In this document: piece by piece, positions 20,897 through 32,028 of the stretch
Layout: every line of letters starts with the position of its first letter
Numbering within the stretch: position 1 is the stretch's first letter
DNA from: Alphaproteobacteria bacterium
Lineage (GTDB): Bacteria > Pseudomonadota > Alphaproteobacteria > GM7ARS4 > G965262615
Reading direction: 5' to 3'
DNA: 64,000 bases
NCBI GenBank assembly: GCA_965262615.1
Contig: OZ253545.1
Coordinates: 832,001-896,000, forward strand
Position numbers and translations under genes: made by a program
The notes under the pieces: model-generated
The model's input: only the letters and a program-made list of their open reading frames with translations
The model's database searches: none
What the model was told of the DNA's origin: nothing

Positions 20897-21531
20897 GCGC
20901 GCCATGTGGTATCATCGCAGTGATGAAATCCCAACTGCAACCCAAAGCGATCGCTCAATGCCAGACGGTCATTGCGCGCATCGCTCGCATGAGGATCAAT
21001 GGTGCTGACACTGGCATCGCTTGCCGTCTGTTGCAGATGGCGCAGGTTGGAGGTGACATAAAACGCAAATAATGGCGGCGTCACCGTCAAGCTGCCTTCC
21101 AAGATGGTCTTGAAGGGATGGGCTTCATGGCTGTCAAAGGCGACATCATCACAAAAAATGATAAAGGGAGTGTGATGAAAAGGAGACAATTTACATAAGA
21201 GGCTGTCCAAGCGTGTTATATCACGATGGTGTAACTGGATGAGAATGACAGAGGGCTTGTCAATCGTATTGACATGGTGATGGACGGATTGCACCAGAGC
21301 GCTTTTTCCCATGCCGTGTGCCCCCCATAGCAAAGCATGTTGAGCCTTATAGCCTTTTTGTAGCCTTTGCGTGTTGGTAAGCAATAGTTGCTTTTCTTTA
21401 TCAACGCCGACAATTAAGTCCCATGCCAGAGGCTTTTCATTGTTTGCCTCGTGAAATTCATCCTTTTCGCCATGCCAGATGACGCGTGTGCCGTGATTCC
21501 ACTTTTTTGCCGTGTCATTGTCATTATTCAT
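20743..21531 (-). CDS. DUF815 family AAA+ ATPase
   Basis: ALLWGAHGMGKS Walker A, FIIFCDD, TSNLRHL, LSDRFGL.LGF, RSGRSA. Confidence 0.88.
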   Translation of the reverse strand: MNNDNDTAKKWNHGTRVIWHGEKDEFHEANNEKPLAWDLIVGVDKEKQLLLTNTQRLQKGYKAQHALLWGAHGMGKSALVQSVHHHVNTIDKPSVILIQLHHRDITRLDSLLCKLSPFHHTPFIIFCDDVAFDSHEAHPFKTILEGSLTVTPPLFAFYVTSNLRHLQQTASDASVSTIDPHASDARNDRLALSDRFGLQLGFHHCDDTTWRAMVRHHAALCDLDGDEGEWYEDADQWAINRGRSGRSARNWAQSRRHGDGSK

Positions 21532-21982
21532 GGATGATGTCTCCCCATATCACGCGCACTCCCGCGCTCACGCCGTGTTCGCGAAACCATCCCTCATTGA
21601 CTTCAAGGGCGTAGCGAGCGGGCATCAGAGCACAGTGGCTGTCATCACGCAAAGGCTTCATGGATTCTATATTAATTATAATGCCCTCGCTGTCAAGGAA
21701 TGCCACGCTCAAAGGAATGTAGGTGTTACGCATCCACATGCAGTGGCGTTGGTCGGTATCAAAAACAAAGAGCATGGCGTGGTCGGCGGGCAAAGAAAAG
21801 CGGTGCATGAGTCCTTGCTGGCGTTTGGCAGGAGAGTCGGCAATCTCAGTGTGAAGAATATGGGTGTTAATGTGCAGCGTCATGCTGGCATCGCTCATTG
21901 CCAGCAATGCCAAGCCGAGAAATGTCACGCGATGAGGCGCGGATATTGCATTTTGCAGGCGGTGCTTTATAGTGCGGCTCAT
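21524..21982 (-). CDS. DUF192 domain protein
   Basis: EIAD..RQQGLMHR, MLFVF, WMRNTYIPLSVAF, YALEVNEG; start uncertain. Confidence 0.85.
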   Translation of the reverse strand: MSRTIKHRLQNAISAPHRVTFLGLALLAMSDASMTLHINTHILHTEIADSPAKRQQGLMHRFSLPADHAMLFVFDTDQRHCMWMRNTYIPLSVAFLDSEGIIINIESMKPLRDDSHCALMPARYALEVNEGWFREHGVSAGVRVIWGDIIHE

Positions 21983-22017
21983 GGAATTGCGGCTTATGGA
22001 ATTGCGGCTTATGGAAT
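21973..22017. repeat. 15-bp triplication at the divergent DUF192/yajC starts
   Basis: tgcggct(c/t)atggaat x3. Confidence 0.92.
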
Positions 22018-22340
22018 TGTTCATGTCATCTCCTTTGTGGGCGCAGAGCACCGCCGCGCCGCCGCCACCTGGGTTGTTGGATTTGTTGATGCCCTTCATG
22101 CTCATCATGTTGGTCTTCTATTTCCTTCTCATACGCCCTCAGCAAAAAAGACTCAAGGAGCATCAAGAATTGCTGGCACGACTCAAAAAAGGCGATGTGG
22201 TGGTGACGGCGGGCGGCTTGATTGTCACCGTCATCAAGGTGCGCGACACCGATGTGCAGGTCAAGCTGGGTGATGATGTCACCGTTGCCATTGTCAAAGA
22301 CAGCATCACCTCCATTCACGGTGGCGGGCAAAAGCCATGA
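22011..22340 (+). CDS. yajC: Preprotein translocase subunit YajC
   Basis: FYFLLIRPQQKR, LKKGDVVVTAGG; upstream of secD; alternative ATGs at 21981 and 21996. Confidence 0.92.
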   Translation: MELFMSSPLWAQSTAAPPPPGLLDLLMPFMLIMLVFYFLLIRPQQKRLKEHQELLARLKKGDVVVTAGGLIVTVIKVRDTDVQVKLGDDVTVAIVKDSITSIHGGGQKP

Positions 22341-23920
22341 CTTATTTTTCTCGCTGGAAAACCATTGTCATTGTGACCATTTGTCTGTGGGGTGTCATGA
22401 TGGCATTGCCTGCCCTGTTGCCGTCATCGGTGACTGATTCTTTGCCCTCGTGGCTGCGGACGCAAAAAATCAATCTCGGATTGGATTTGCGCGGCGGTGC
22501 ACATCTGTTGTTGGAAGCCGATGTGAATCATGTGGTCAAGGAACGCTACGATGCTCTTGTGGATGGTGTGCGCCGTCATTTGCGCGAGCAAAAAGTCGGA
22601 TACAAAGGACTCGCCCGCCGTAGTGATTCCGTCACCTTCACCCTCACCCAGCCCGCCATGAGCGATGATGTGCGCTCCTTGCTGCGTCAACGCATCAATA
22701 CCACCAACGACTACCGCATTGATGTGGATGGCGCGGGGACATTCTCCATCTATTTTACCGATATTGCCCTTCGGGATCTCATCACCAGCGTCATGGAGCA
22801 ATCCATTGAGGTGGTGCGCTCGCGTGTTGATGCCACAGGCACCAGTGAGCCCATCATTCAGCGACAGGGCAAGGATCGCATTCTTGTGCAATTGCCCGGA
22901 GAAGACCCCGCGCGCATCAAAAGTCTGCTGGGGAAAACCGCCAAACTCACCTTCCACATGCTGGATCAAGCCACCATTGAACTGGTGAAACAGCGAGAAG
23001 GGAGCGTTCCGTCTCGTGCCTTTATTGCCCTTGCGTATAATCCTTTAGACCCCGAACAAGAATATGTGGTGCGTAAAAAAATAGAACTCTCCGGCGAGCG
23101 ATTGGAAAACGCCGTTGCCAGCTTTGATACTCAAGGACGCGGCTATGTTGTCAATATGAAGTTTGATGGTTTGGGGGCGCGCCAGTTTGCGCGCATCACC
23201 AAGGATAATGTGGGCAAACGCTTTGCCGTCTTGTTGGATGGCAGGGTGATTACCGCACCTGTCATTCGTGAGGCTATTCCTGGCGGCAATGCTCAAATCA
23301 GCGGACAGTTCTCGGCGCAAGAAGTCAATGACTTGGCATTGTTGTTGCGAGCGGGAGCTCTGCCTGCCCCCCTTGCTATTTTGGAGGAACGCTCTGTGGG
23401 TCCCAGTCTTGGGGCGGATTCTGTTGAAGCGGGTCGCATCGCCAGCATCATCGGACTGATTTGCGTGTTGCTGTGGATGGCGGTTTTTTATGGTTTATTC
23501 GGTCTTTTTACCAACACCGCCCTTGTGGTGAATTTGGCACTGTTGGTGGCATCATTGGCGTTTGTGGGGGCGACTCTCACGCTGCCCGGCATTGCTGGAA
23601 TTGTGCTCACCATCGGCATGGCGGTGGATGCCAATGTCCTCGTCTTTGAGCGCATTCGCGAAGAACTGCGTAACGGCAGAACGCCCGTCAATGCCGTGGA
23701 TAAAGGATACGCACGCGCCTTTGATACCATCATTGATGCCAATCTCACCACCTTCATCGCCGCCGTGTTATTGTATCTGTTTGGCTCTGGCCCTGTGAAA
23801 GGATTTGCCGTCACATTGTCCATCGGCATTGCCACCTCCATGTTTACCGCCATCATGGTGACCCGTCTCATGGTGGTGACCTGGTTGCGGCGGTATCGTC
23901 CTGAAAAACTTCCCTTGTAG
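22337..23920 (+). CDS. secD: Protein translocase subunit SecD
   Basis: LGLDLRGG, LRAGALPAP, GMAVDANVLVFERIREE. Confidence 0.97.
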   Translation: MTYFSRWKTIVIVTICLWGVMMALPALLPSSVTDSLPSWLRTQKINLGLDLRGGAHLLLEADVNHVVKERYDALVDGVRRHLREQKVGYKGLARRSDSVTFTLTQPAMSDDVRSLLRQRINTTNDYRIDVDGAGTFSIYFTDIALRDLITSVMEQSIEVVRSRVDATGTSEPIIQRQGKDRILVQLPGEDPARIKSLLGKTAKLTFHMLDQATIELVKQREGSVPSRAFIALAYNPLDPEQEYVVRKKIELSGERLENAVASFDTQGRGYVVNMKFDGLGARQFARITKDNVGKRFAVLLDGRVITAPVIREAIPGGNAQISGQFSAQEVNDLALLLRAGALPAPLAILEERSVGPSLGADSVEAGRIASIIGLICVLLWMAVFYGLFGLFTNTALVVNLALLVASLAFVGATLTLPGIAGIVLTIGMAVDANVLVFERIREELRNGRTPVNAVDKGYARAFDTIIDANLTTFIAAVLLYLFGSGPVKGFAVTLSIGIATSMFTAIMVTRLMVVTWLRRYRPEKLPL

Positions 23921-23928
23921 GTGGCGTT

Positions 23929-24837
23929 ATGTTTCCTTTGCGTCTTATTCATCAAGAACCCACGATTCCTTTCATGCGCTTTTATCGCTGGACGCTCGGT
24001 CTGTCGGCGGTGGTGGTGGTGCTGTCCTTGTCGTTGTTTGCCACCAGGGGATTGGATTTGGGAATTGATTTTCGCGGCGGCATCTTGCTGGAAGTGGGAT
24101 ATGATCAAGCTCCCGATGTTGTCATGTTGCGTGATGAGCTCAATGCCTTGCGCCTGGGGCGCAGTAACATTCAGACCTTTGGCAATGATGAGACCATTCT
24201 CATTCGTGTGCAGCGTCAAGAGGGCGGTGATGAGGCACAGCTCAGTGCCATTGACAAAATCAAAACCATGGTGGGCAATGGCGTGGATTATCGCCGCACC
24301 GAATTCGTCGGTCCTGTCATTGGCAGCGAACTGGTGGCAAAGGCTCAAGCCGCCGTGCTGTATGCACTGCTGGCGATTTTGCTTTATATTTGGTTTCGCT
24401 TTGATGGAATTTATTTTGCCTCGGCTGCCATCATTGCCCTGGTGCATGACATCATCGCCACAATAGGGTTGTTTTCCTTATTGCAGTTGGAATTTAACCT
24501 TGCCACCATTGCGGCATTGCTCACCATTGCCGGGTATTCCATCAATGACACGGTGGTGGTGTATGATCGCATTCGCGAAAATCTGCGGCGGTATCGCACC
24601 TCGCCGATGGAGACCATTTTGAATCGTTCCATCAATGGAACGCTGGCGCGCACGCTCATGACCAGTCTCACCACTTTGCTCGCCTTGTTGGCATTGTTCT
24701 TTTTTGGTGGCGAGGTGCTGCGCGGCTTCATCTTTGCCATGATGTGGGGCGTGCTCATTGGCACATGGTCATCCATTTTTGTCGCCGCGCCCTTGCTTCA
24801 GTTGTTCGGATTGAATCCTCGCGACATTCAATCGTGA
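23929..24837 (+). CDS. secF: Protein translocase subunit SecF
   Basis: LGIDFRGG, GYSINDTVVVYDRIREN. Confidence 0.97.
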   Translation: MFPLRLIHQEPTIPFMRFYRWTLGLSAVVVVLSLSLFATRGLDLGIDFRGGILLEVGYDQAPDVVMLRDELNALRLGRSNIQTFGNDETILIRVQRQEGGDEAQLSAIDKIKTMVGNGVDYRRTEFVGPVIGSELVAKAQAAVLYALLAILLYIWFRFDGIYFASAAIIALVHDIIATIGLFSLLQLEFNLATIAALLTIAGYSINDTVVVYDRIRENLRRYRTSPMETILNRSINGTLARTLMTSLTTLLALLALFFFGGEVLRGFIFAMMWGVLIGTWSSIFVAAPLLQLFGLNPRDIQS

Positions 24838-27800
24838 CACCAATGGTGTCGCCAATGGTGTCGTTTATTCCTCTCAAGCTCACCTCCAGCTATTCTTTGC
24901 TGGAGAGCATGCTCAAGACCGATGACATTATCCGTCTGTGCCGTCATCATGGGTTGCCTGCCTTTGCGGTGACGGATCACGGCAATCTTTATGGGGCGAT
25001 GGAACTCAGCATCAAAGCACTGGCGGCGGGAATTCAGCCCATCACGGCGTGTTCTTTGGGAGTCATCATGCACGATGGCGCACAGTCTCCCAAATCCAAT
25101 CATAGAGTGTCTCTTTATGTGGAGAATGCGCGAGGGTGGCAGAATCTCATTCATCTGGTGACGGCGGCACACAAGGCACATATTGTGGACGGAGGAGACA
25201 GCACCGCGGTCACATGGAAGCAGCTGTGTGAGCATCATGAGGGATTGTTATTGCTCTCTGGGGGGCGAGAAGGCGCGCTGGTCTCCTTGTTGGCAAAGGG
25301 CAATGTCTCTGCCGCCGCCGCATGGGTGGAGCGGTGTCGGCAGCTGTTTGGCGATCGCTTTTATTTGGAACTCAATCGTCATGGCTATGAGGAGGAGCGT
25401 CTGGCTGAACCGCATATTTTGGCATTGGCTCAGCGGCATGGCATTCCTGTGGTGGCGTGTCATCAAGCCTGTTATGAAAGCAAGGACGATGTCACCGCCC
25501 ATGAAGTTTTGCACTGCATCGCTCATAAAACCACTGTGGGAAAAAATATCCATGACGCGCGCCCTGTTCATGTCTTTCCCAATGACCAATTGATGAGGCA
25601 GCAATTTGCCGATTATCCCGAGACGATGCACCAGAGCGTGCTGATTGCAAAACGATGCTCGTGGTTTTTGCATGAAGAAAAAAATCCTCGCATGCCTGTC
25701 GTGGGAGACGAGACACAATTGCGAGCCGCCGCCAATGAAGGATTGGCACAGCGTATTGCTCATATTAAGGATGCCACAGAACGGCAACACTATCAAAAGC
25801 GATTGGATGATGAATTGAATATCATCATCAGTGCCGATTACAGTGGCTATATGCTCATTTTGGCGGAGTTCATGAATTGGGCGCGCGCCCAGGACATTCC
25901 CGTGGGACCTGGACGCGGCTCAGGGGCGGGTTCATTGGTGGCATGGGCACTGGGTGTCATTGATATTGATCCTGTGCCTCTGGGGCTTTTGTTTGAGCGG
26001 TTTCTCAATCCGAAGCGCATTTCCATGCCGGATATTGATATTGATTTTTGCCGTGACGGACGCGATCGGGTGATTGAGCATGTGCGTGAGCAGTATGGCT
26101 CGTCACAGGTGGCGCATATCATTACTTTTGGTGCGCTTAAGTGTCGCGCCGCCATTCGTGATGTGGGACGCGCACTGGGCTATCCCTACGGACAGGTGGA
26201 TGCCATCGTGCGCCATTTTCCCAATGGTCCCGATGATACCATTGCCAGCGGACTGAAAAACGATAGCAATCTCAGAGACATGATTAAAAAGGATGATGAA
26301 GCTGGACACATTGTGTCCATTGCTCGCCGCGTTGAGGGTTTGTATCGCCATGTCTCCACCCATGCGGCGGGCGTGGTGATTGGCGACAAGCCTCTGGATG
26401 AATTAGTGCCGTTGTCTTTTGATCAAGAGAAAAAAACCGTTCTCACCCAATGGTCTATGAAGCTGGTGGAGAAAGCGGGGCTGGTTAAGTTTGATTTTCT
26501 CGGTTTGAAAACTCTGACGATGCTGCGCCATGCTGAAGATTTGCTGGCGGCAGATGGGGTCTCGGTGGATTTCATCACCCTGCCTCTTGATGACAAGCTG
26601 ACCTATGAGCTGATGGCGCGCGGCGATACAACAGGAATTTTCCAATTGGAGAGCAGTGGCATGCGTGGCATGCTTGAGCAACTTCAGCCTGATTGTTTTG
26701 AAGATGTGATTGCGGCGGTGGCTTTGTATCGTCCTGGTCCGATGCAGCATATTCCAGACTTTATTGCCCGCAAGCATGGACGCAAGAAAGTGACCTATCC
26801 GGATGAGCGTCTGCAGGAATTGCTGGAGAGCACCTACGGCATCATTGTTTATCAAGAGCAGGTGATGAAGATGGCGCAAATTTTAGCGGGTTTTAGTTTG
26901 GGCAAAGCCGACATATTGCGGCGCGCCATGGGAAAGAAAGATTCGGCAGAAATGGCAAGCCAAAAGGATGAATTCATCAAAGGGGCAATTGACAATGGCA
27001 TGAAGTCTGACAAAGCCGAAAAGATTTTTAATCTCATCGCCGAATTTGCCTCCTATGGCTTTAACAAGAGCCATGCGGCGGCATATGCCGTGCTGGCGTA
27101 TCAGACGGCGTGGCTGAAGGCGCATCACACGGAGGTGTTTTTTGCCGCCTCCATGTCCATTGATGTGGATGTGCCCGAAAAGTGCGCCGAATTTTATCAA
27201 GAAGCGTGTGAGGCATCCATCAGTGTTTTGCCTCCTTCCGTTAATGAATCGGACACCCTGTTCACCGTGCGCCAGCACGATGATGCCAAGCATCTGGTCT
27301 ATGGACTGGCGGCATTGCGTCATGTGGGATTGGCGGCGGCTGGACACATCGTTCAAGAGCGCAAAGACAACGGAGCGTATCAATCGTTGTTTGATTTTTT
27401 GAGCCGTCATTCGCCGCATGTGCTCAATAAACGATTGCTGGAATCTCTCATCAAGGCGGGGGCGTTGGACGAGCTCATTCCTTCACGACGATGGGGGGTG
27501 GAAAATCTGGATGGCTGGATGTTGTCACTGCAGCAGTGTCACAAAGAGCGTCAGCAACGGCAAGCCAATCTCTTTGGTGATGACGGCGGGCAATTATTGG
27601 CTCTGGAAGTGCCTGAGGATGCCGATGAGTGGGACATCAGTGAAAAACTTGATCATGAAAAAGAAATTTTGGGATTTTATCAATCGGAGAATCCGCTCGC
27701 GGTGTTTGATGAGTATATGCAGCGAGAAAACATGTCCATCCTTTCACAAGTCATGGAGCAGTGGCAAAACGAGACTTTGAAAGTAAGGAACAAGGGAAAA

Positions 27801-28322
27801 CGGGTGCATTGTTTAATGCTCATTAACGGATTCAAAAAACGCTACAGCAAAAAGACGAAGGAACCGTTTGCCTTTGTGTCCTGTTGGGATCGTCACAATG
27901 TTCATCACGAGGTGGCTTTTTTTGGCGATGTGTTTACCAAGTTCCGACCTTTGCTGGATAAGCCATTGCGCTGCGAAATGGCGATTGAATTGAAACCAGA
28001 TAAGAAGAATAATGAGATGACGCGTCTCAATGTCTTATCCGTCAAGGTTCTGCCCACACAGATGTCTGACGCTCCCGCCGCCACACAGCTGGAGGGACAA
28101 GTTGTGGTGCGGGTGACGGTGGACACCATGAGAAATCTTTTGCAGCTTCAACACATGATCAAAGACCTCCCCAAAGGGGATGATACCCTTGAGTTGATTT
28201 TGCGAGATACAGGGGATGAGTTCAAGCGTCTGCGTCTGCCTCATCGCTATCGTTTGGGTCTGGCTGCCATCACGGCTTTGCGTCAGATATGCCCTCAAGT
28301 CGATAAGGAGCGATTGTTTTAG
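24834..28322 (+). CDS. dnaE: DNA polymerase III subunit alpha
   Basis: YSLLE/TDH PHP domain, GPGRGSGAGS, SMPDIDIDF, KFDFLGL, YGFNKSHAAAY; start among 24834/24843/24855. Confidence 0.97.
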   Translation: MTPMVSPMVSFIPLKLTSSYSLLESMLKTDDIIRLCRHHGLPAFAVTDHGNLYGAMELSIKALAAGIQPITACSLGVIMHDGAQSPKSNHRVSLYVENARGWQNLIHLVTAAHKAHIVDGGDSTAVTWKQLCEHHEGLLLLSGGREGALVSLLAKGNVSAAAAWVERCRQLFGDRFYLELNRHGYEEERLAEPHILALAQRHGIPVVACHQACYESKDDVTAHEVLHCIAHKTTVGKNIHDARPVHVFPNDQLMRQQFADYPETMHQSVLIAKRCSWFLHEEKNPRMPVVGDETQLRAAANEGLAQRIAHIKDATERQHYQKRLDDELNIIISADYSGYMLILAEFMNWARAQDIPVGPGRGSGAGSLVAWALGVIDIDPVPLGLLFERFLNPKRISMPDIDIDFCRDGRDRVIEHVREQYGSSQVAHIITFGALKCRAAIRDVGRALGYPYGQVDAIVRHFPNGPDDTIASGLKNDSNLRDMIKKDDEAGHIVSIARRVEGLYRHVSTHAAGVVIGDKPLDELVPLSFDQEKKTVLTQWSMKLVEKAGLVKFDFLGLKTLTMLRHAEDLLAADGVSVDFITLPLDDKLTYELMARGDTTGIFQLESSGMRGMLEQLQPDCFEDVIAAVALYRPGPMQHIPDFIARKHGRKKVTYPDERLQELLESTYGIIVYQEQVMKMAQILAGFSLGKADILRRAMGKKDSAEMASQKDEFIKGAIDNGMKSDKAEKIFNLIAEFASYGFNKSHAAAYAVLAYQTAWLKAHHTEVFFAASMSIDVDVPEKCAEFYQEACEASISVLPPSVNESDTLFTVRQHDDAKHLVYGLAALRHVGLAAAGHIVQERKDNGAYQSLFDFLSRHSPHVLNKRLLESLIKAGALDELIPSRRWGVENLDGWMLSLQQCHKERQQRQANLFGDDGGQLLALEVPEDADEWDISEKLDHEKEILGFYQSENPLAVFDEYMQRENMSILSQVMEQWQNETLKVRNKGKRVHCLMLINGFKKRYSKKTKEPFAFVSCWDRHNVHHEVAFFGDVFTKFRPLLDKPLRCEMAIELKPDKKNNEMTRLNVLSVKVLPTQMSDAPAATQLEGQVVVRVTVDTMRNLLQLQHMIKDLPKGDDTLELILRDTGDEFKRLRLPHRYRLGLAAITALRQICPQVDKERLF

Positions 28323-28933
28323 TTGGTGTAGTTATCCGGCAAGCCGTAGCTGTTGTCATCATCTTGGTGAAATCCTTGCTCGTGCTGTGGCTGGCGGGAA
28401 TCTGCGGGGCGCGTGAAATCTTTGGCGATATCTTGCAGGTCAACAAAATTATCGGTTTGTCGCCGCAAATCATCCGAGATCATGGGGGGCTTGGTCTTGG
28501 CGGTACTCACCACCGTGATGCGCACGCCTTGCCGTTGCAGATGATCCACCAAACGCCGCAAATCGCCATCGCCAGCAAATAAAATCATGTGATTGGCGTA
28601 GGGAGCCATTTCCACCATGTCCATCGCAATCTCCACATTGACATTGCTCTTGACTTTGCGTCTGCCTTGAAAGTCAACAAACTCTTTGACAGGTTTGGTC
28701 ACCACGGTGAAGTTATTGTAATTGAGCCAGTCAATCAAAGGACGCACAGGCGTGTATTCCTGACCATCCAGAAGGGCGGTGTAATAGAAGGCTCGCAGCA
28801 GTCGTCCCTGGCTATCAATGAAATCATAGAGGCGGCGGTAGTCAATATCAAACTGCAGATGTTTGCCAGCGGCAAAAATATGGCTACCATCAATAAAAAC
28901 GCCAATGCGTTCGTCATCAAAAAAGCGTAACAC
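28319..28933 (-). CDS. NYN (LabA/DUF88) domain protein
   Basis: FIDGS, LLRAFYYTAL, LFAGDGD, DDLRRQTDNF; divergent from folK. Confidence 0.88.
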   Translation of the reverse strand: MLRFFDDERIGVFIDGSHIFAAGKHLQFDIDYRRLYDFIDSQGRLLRAFYYTALLDGQEYTPVRPLIDWLNYNNFTVVTKPVKEFVDFQGRRKVKSNVNVEIAMDMVEMAPYANHMILFAGDGDLRRLVDHLQRQGVRITVVSTAKTKPPMISDDLRRQTDNFVDLQDIAKDFTRPADSRQPQHEQGFHQDDDNSYGLPDNYTN

Positions 28934-29017
28934 GATTATCTCCTTGTGGTGTATTCTTTAATCACAATCACGGAACTATGATATAATCAGCAATTGAGAA
29001 GGATGCAAGTCTTTGTG

Positions 29018-29563
29018 ATGGAAGAAAAAATTTTCATAGCCATTGGGTCTAATCAGCCTTGTGTTGCGCGCGGCTGTGAGGATTCTTTGGCGGTGTGTTT
29101 ATCGGCGGTGGCTCGTTTGCGTGGCGATGGGGTGGTGTGTGTGAGGGGGTGTTCATCGTGGTATTATTCTGAGCCTGTGCCTCGCTCGGAGCAGGCGTGG
29201 TTTGTCAATGGCGTGGTGGCGGTGACATCTCACTGTGCGCCGCGGGCGTTGCTTGCTTATTTACATGGCATTGAGCACGATTATGGACGGGTGCGTCACA
29301 CGCGCAATGAGGCTCGTCCGCTGGATTTAGATCTCCTTGCGTATGGTGAGCGGGTGGTGACATCATCGGACATTGTTCTTCCTCACCCGCGTATGGAGGC
29401 GCGGTCGTTTGTGTTGTATCCGATGCGGGATGTGATGGCGCATTGGTGTCATCCTGTGAGTGGCATGACGGTGGATTCGTTGTTGTCCAGATTGCCTGAG
29501 GGTGCGATGATGCGCCTTGCCGATGCCGATGGGACGCGTCTGGCGACACCTCAGTCATTATGA
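29018..29563 (+). CDS. folK: 2-amino-4-hydroxy-6-hydroxymethyldihydropteridine diphosphokinase
   Basis: [30 protein letters not shown]. Confidence 0.94.
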   Translation: MEEKIFIAIGSNQPCVARGCEDSLAVCLSAVARLRGDGVVCVRGCSSWYYSEPVPRSEQAWFVNGVVAVTSHCAPRALLAYLHGIEHDYGRVRHTRNEARPLDLDLLAYGERVVTSSDIVLPHPRMEARSFVLYPMRDVMAHWCHPVSGMTVDSLLSRLPEGAMMRLADADGTRLATPQSL

Positions 29564-29609
29564 TGCACAGCTCTTGCGCGTGAGACAAAAATATACTATG
29601 TGTTTTCTT

Positions 29610-29948
29610 ATGGCTCGTGTGACGACAGAAGACTGCATTGACAAGATTTCCAATCGGTATGAGTTGCTGGTTTTGGCGGCTCATCGGGCGCGCCAGCTGA
29701 GCGAGGGCGATGCGCCGCGGGTGGAAGAAGCACAAGATAAACCCACCGTGCTGGCATTGCGAGAGATCGCCGCGGGCAAAGTGGAGAGCGATGATTTGCG
29801 TGAGAATCTTGTCAATAATTTGCGTCATATTTCGCCTCAGGATCATGATGGTGACGAAGAGGTGCATTTGGTGGGTGATCCCTCTGCGATGATGGAGACG
29901 AAGGAAGAAGGAAGTGCTGCTCAAAAGGACGCACAATCACGCGTCTGA
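29610..29948 (+). CDS. rpoZ: RNA polymerase omega subunit
   Basis: [37 protein letters not shown]. Confidence 0.96.
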   Translation: MARVTTEDCIDKISNRYELLVLAAHRARQLSEGDAPRVEEAQDKPTVLALREIAAGKVESDDLRENLVNNLRHISPQDHDGDEEVHLVGDPSAMMETKEEGSAAQKDAQSRV

Positions 29949-32028
29949 TAAGGCTCAGAGTTTTTGCCGATCGTTGCGGGGGGTGCGGGTCTGTTTGACC
30001 GATGAGCTTGCCTCTTATCTCTCACCACAGGATATCACGGATGTGCGGCGGGCGTGTGCTTTCATGATGCGTGCCCATGCGGGTCAACGGCGGGCATCGG
30101 GCGAGCCGTACGCGATTCATCCGTTGCAGGTGGCTTTGATTTTAGCGCAGCGGCGATTGGATGCCGCCACCATTGTCACGGCATTGCTGCACGATGTTTT
30201 GGAGGATACCGATGTGGCGGCACAGCAATTGCGTGGGATGTTCGGTGCTGATGTGGAATCGTTGGTGCGCGGGGTGTCGCAATTGTCACGGCTGCATATT
30301 CCTTCTGAGAGGGAGCGAGACGCTGAAAATTTTCGCCGTTTTTTGTTGGCAATATCCGATGACATACGGGTTTTGCTGGTGAAGTTGGCGGATCGATTGC
30401 ATAACATGCGCACACTGCATTTTTTGTCTGAGGATCGCCAGCGGCGCATTGCGGCGGAGACGATGGATGTGCACGCTCGCTTGGCGGAACGCATGGGATT
30501 GCGAGACATTGCCGATGAAATGGATGACCGCGCCCTGGAGGTTTTGGAAAGTGATGCCATTGCCGCCATTCGTCAGCGGTTGGATGACATGCGCGAGCGT
30601 GATGGCGGTCATATTGAGACCATCATCAAACACATTGAGGCGATTTTGTATAAACATGGATTACATGGACGAGTGGAGGGGCGTGAGAAAGCCATTCATT
30701 CCATTTGGCAAAAGTTGCAAAACAAAGAGCGGGCGTTTGAGAAGTTATCGGATATTTTTGCGTTTCGTGTCATCGTGGCGGATGCCAAGGCGTGTTATGA
30801 GACGCTTGGCGCGATTCATCAGTCTCATCGGATGGTGCATGGTCAGTTGAAGGATTACATTTCCTCGCCCAAGCCCAATGGCTATCGGTCGTTGCATACG
30901 GTGGTTTTGGGGGCGTATCACCGTCCCATTGAGATTCAGATTCGCAGCGAACAGATGCATCATGAGGCAGAACACGGACTGGCGGCGCATCATTGTTACA
31001 AGAGTGGCTGGCATCACGATGTGAAGAAAGATTGGCTGGATTCTCTGTTGCACATCAGTGAGAAATCCACCGATGCCGATGATTTTTTGCGTCACACCCG
31101 CCTTGAGATGTATCGCGATCAGGTTTTTTGTTTCACGCCGCGCGGCGATATGAAGGTGTTGCCGCAAGGAGGCACGGCTCTTGATTTTGCCTACAGCCTT
31201 CACAGTGATCTCGGAGCCCATGCCATTGGGGCAAAGGTCAATGGGTATGAGCGTCCGTTGGGATATGCTTTGAGCAATGGCGATCGGGTGGAGATTGAAT
31301 GTGGGGACGATGTCATCATTCATGAAGGATGGGAACACATGGCGCACACCGGCAAGGCGCGCTCTCATATTTTGCAGGCGTTGCGAAACCGCACCCGCGA
31401 TGAATTCACCGATTTGGGCAAACGCTTGTGGGTGGCTTTGGTGGGAGACGCTTCCTATGTGCCGTCTGCGGATGAATTGCTGCAGATGAAGGCGGATGAC
31501 ATGCCCTCATTGTTCTGGTCTTTGGGCAGTGGCAAGATTTCATTGGGGCATGTGATGAGCTGTGTGAAGACGGGGCGCGCCATGGAGGTGGTGTCGCTGG
31601 ATGGCTTGCGTTTGGGGGTGTCGCTGCACTATGGCGACTGTTGCTATGGCATGGATGGTGAGGAAGAAATGCTGGCTATTCTCAGACAGAACTACGGACT
31701 CATGCTTCATCGGCGTGATTGCGATGTCAGAGATAAAAAAGAAGTTGTGCGGGTGCGCTGGCGCGGTGAGGAGGGTGAGCGGCATCATGTGCAGTTGCAG
31801 TGCTCGTTGCTTCATCGGCGGGGCAGTTTGGCGGCGATGAGTCAGGTGATCTCAAAGAGTCACGGCAATATCATGAACATCACCACACTGCATCACACGG
31901 CGGAGCGATTTCACATTGTGTTGTCGCTGGAGCTGCGTGACTTTGCTCATCAGAATTTGATCATGAAACGCCTTGAGGATTTGGATGAGGTGTGTGCGGT
32001 GTCGGCGATTTTGGTGCGCGGCGCATGA
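29914..32028 (+). CDS. spoT: Bifunctional (p)ppGpp synthetase/hydrolase (Rel/SpoT)
   Basis: [45 protein letters not shown] domain; start uncertain. Confidence 0.95.
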   Translation: MLLKRTHNHASDKAQSFCRSLRGVRVCLTDELASYLSPQDITDVRRACAFMMRAHAGQRRASGEPYAIHPLQVALILAQRRLDAATIVTALLHDVLEDTDVAAQQLRGMFGADVESLVRGVSQLSRLHIPSERERDAENFRRFLLAISDDIRVLLVKLADRLHNMRTLHFLSEDRQRRIAAETMDVHARLAERMGLRDIADEMDDRALEVLESDAIAAIRQRLDDMRERDGGHIETIIKHIEAILYKHGLHGRVEGREKAIHSIWQKLQNKERAFEKLSDIFAFRVIVADAKACYETLGAIHQSHRMVHGQLKDYISSPKPNGYRSLHTVVLGAYHRPIEIQIRSEQMHHEAEHGLAAHHCYKSGWHHDVKKDWLDSLLHISEKSTDADDFLRHTRLEMYRDQVFCFTPRGDMKVLPQGGTALDFAYSLHSDLGAHAIGAKVNGYERPLGYALSNGDRVEIECGDDVIIHEGWEHMAHTGKARSHILQALRNRTRDEFTDLGKRLWVALVGDASYVPSADELLQMKADDMPSLFWSLGSGKISLGHVMSCVKTGRAMEVVSLDGLRLGVSLHYGDCCYGMDGEEEMLAILRQNYGLMLHRRDCDVRDKKEVVRVRWRGEEGERHHVQLQCSLLHRRGSLAAMSQVISKSHGNIMNITTLHHTAERFHIVLSLELRDFAHQNLIMKRLEDLDEVCAVSAILVRGA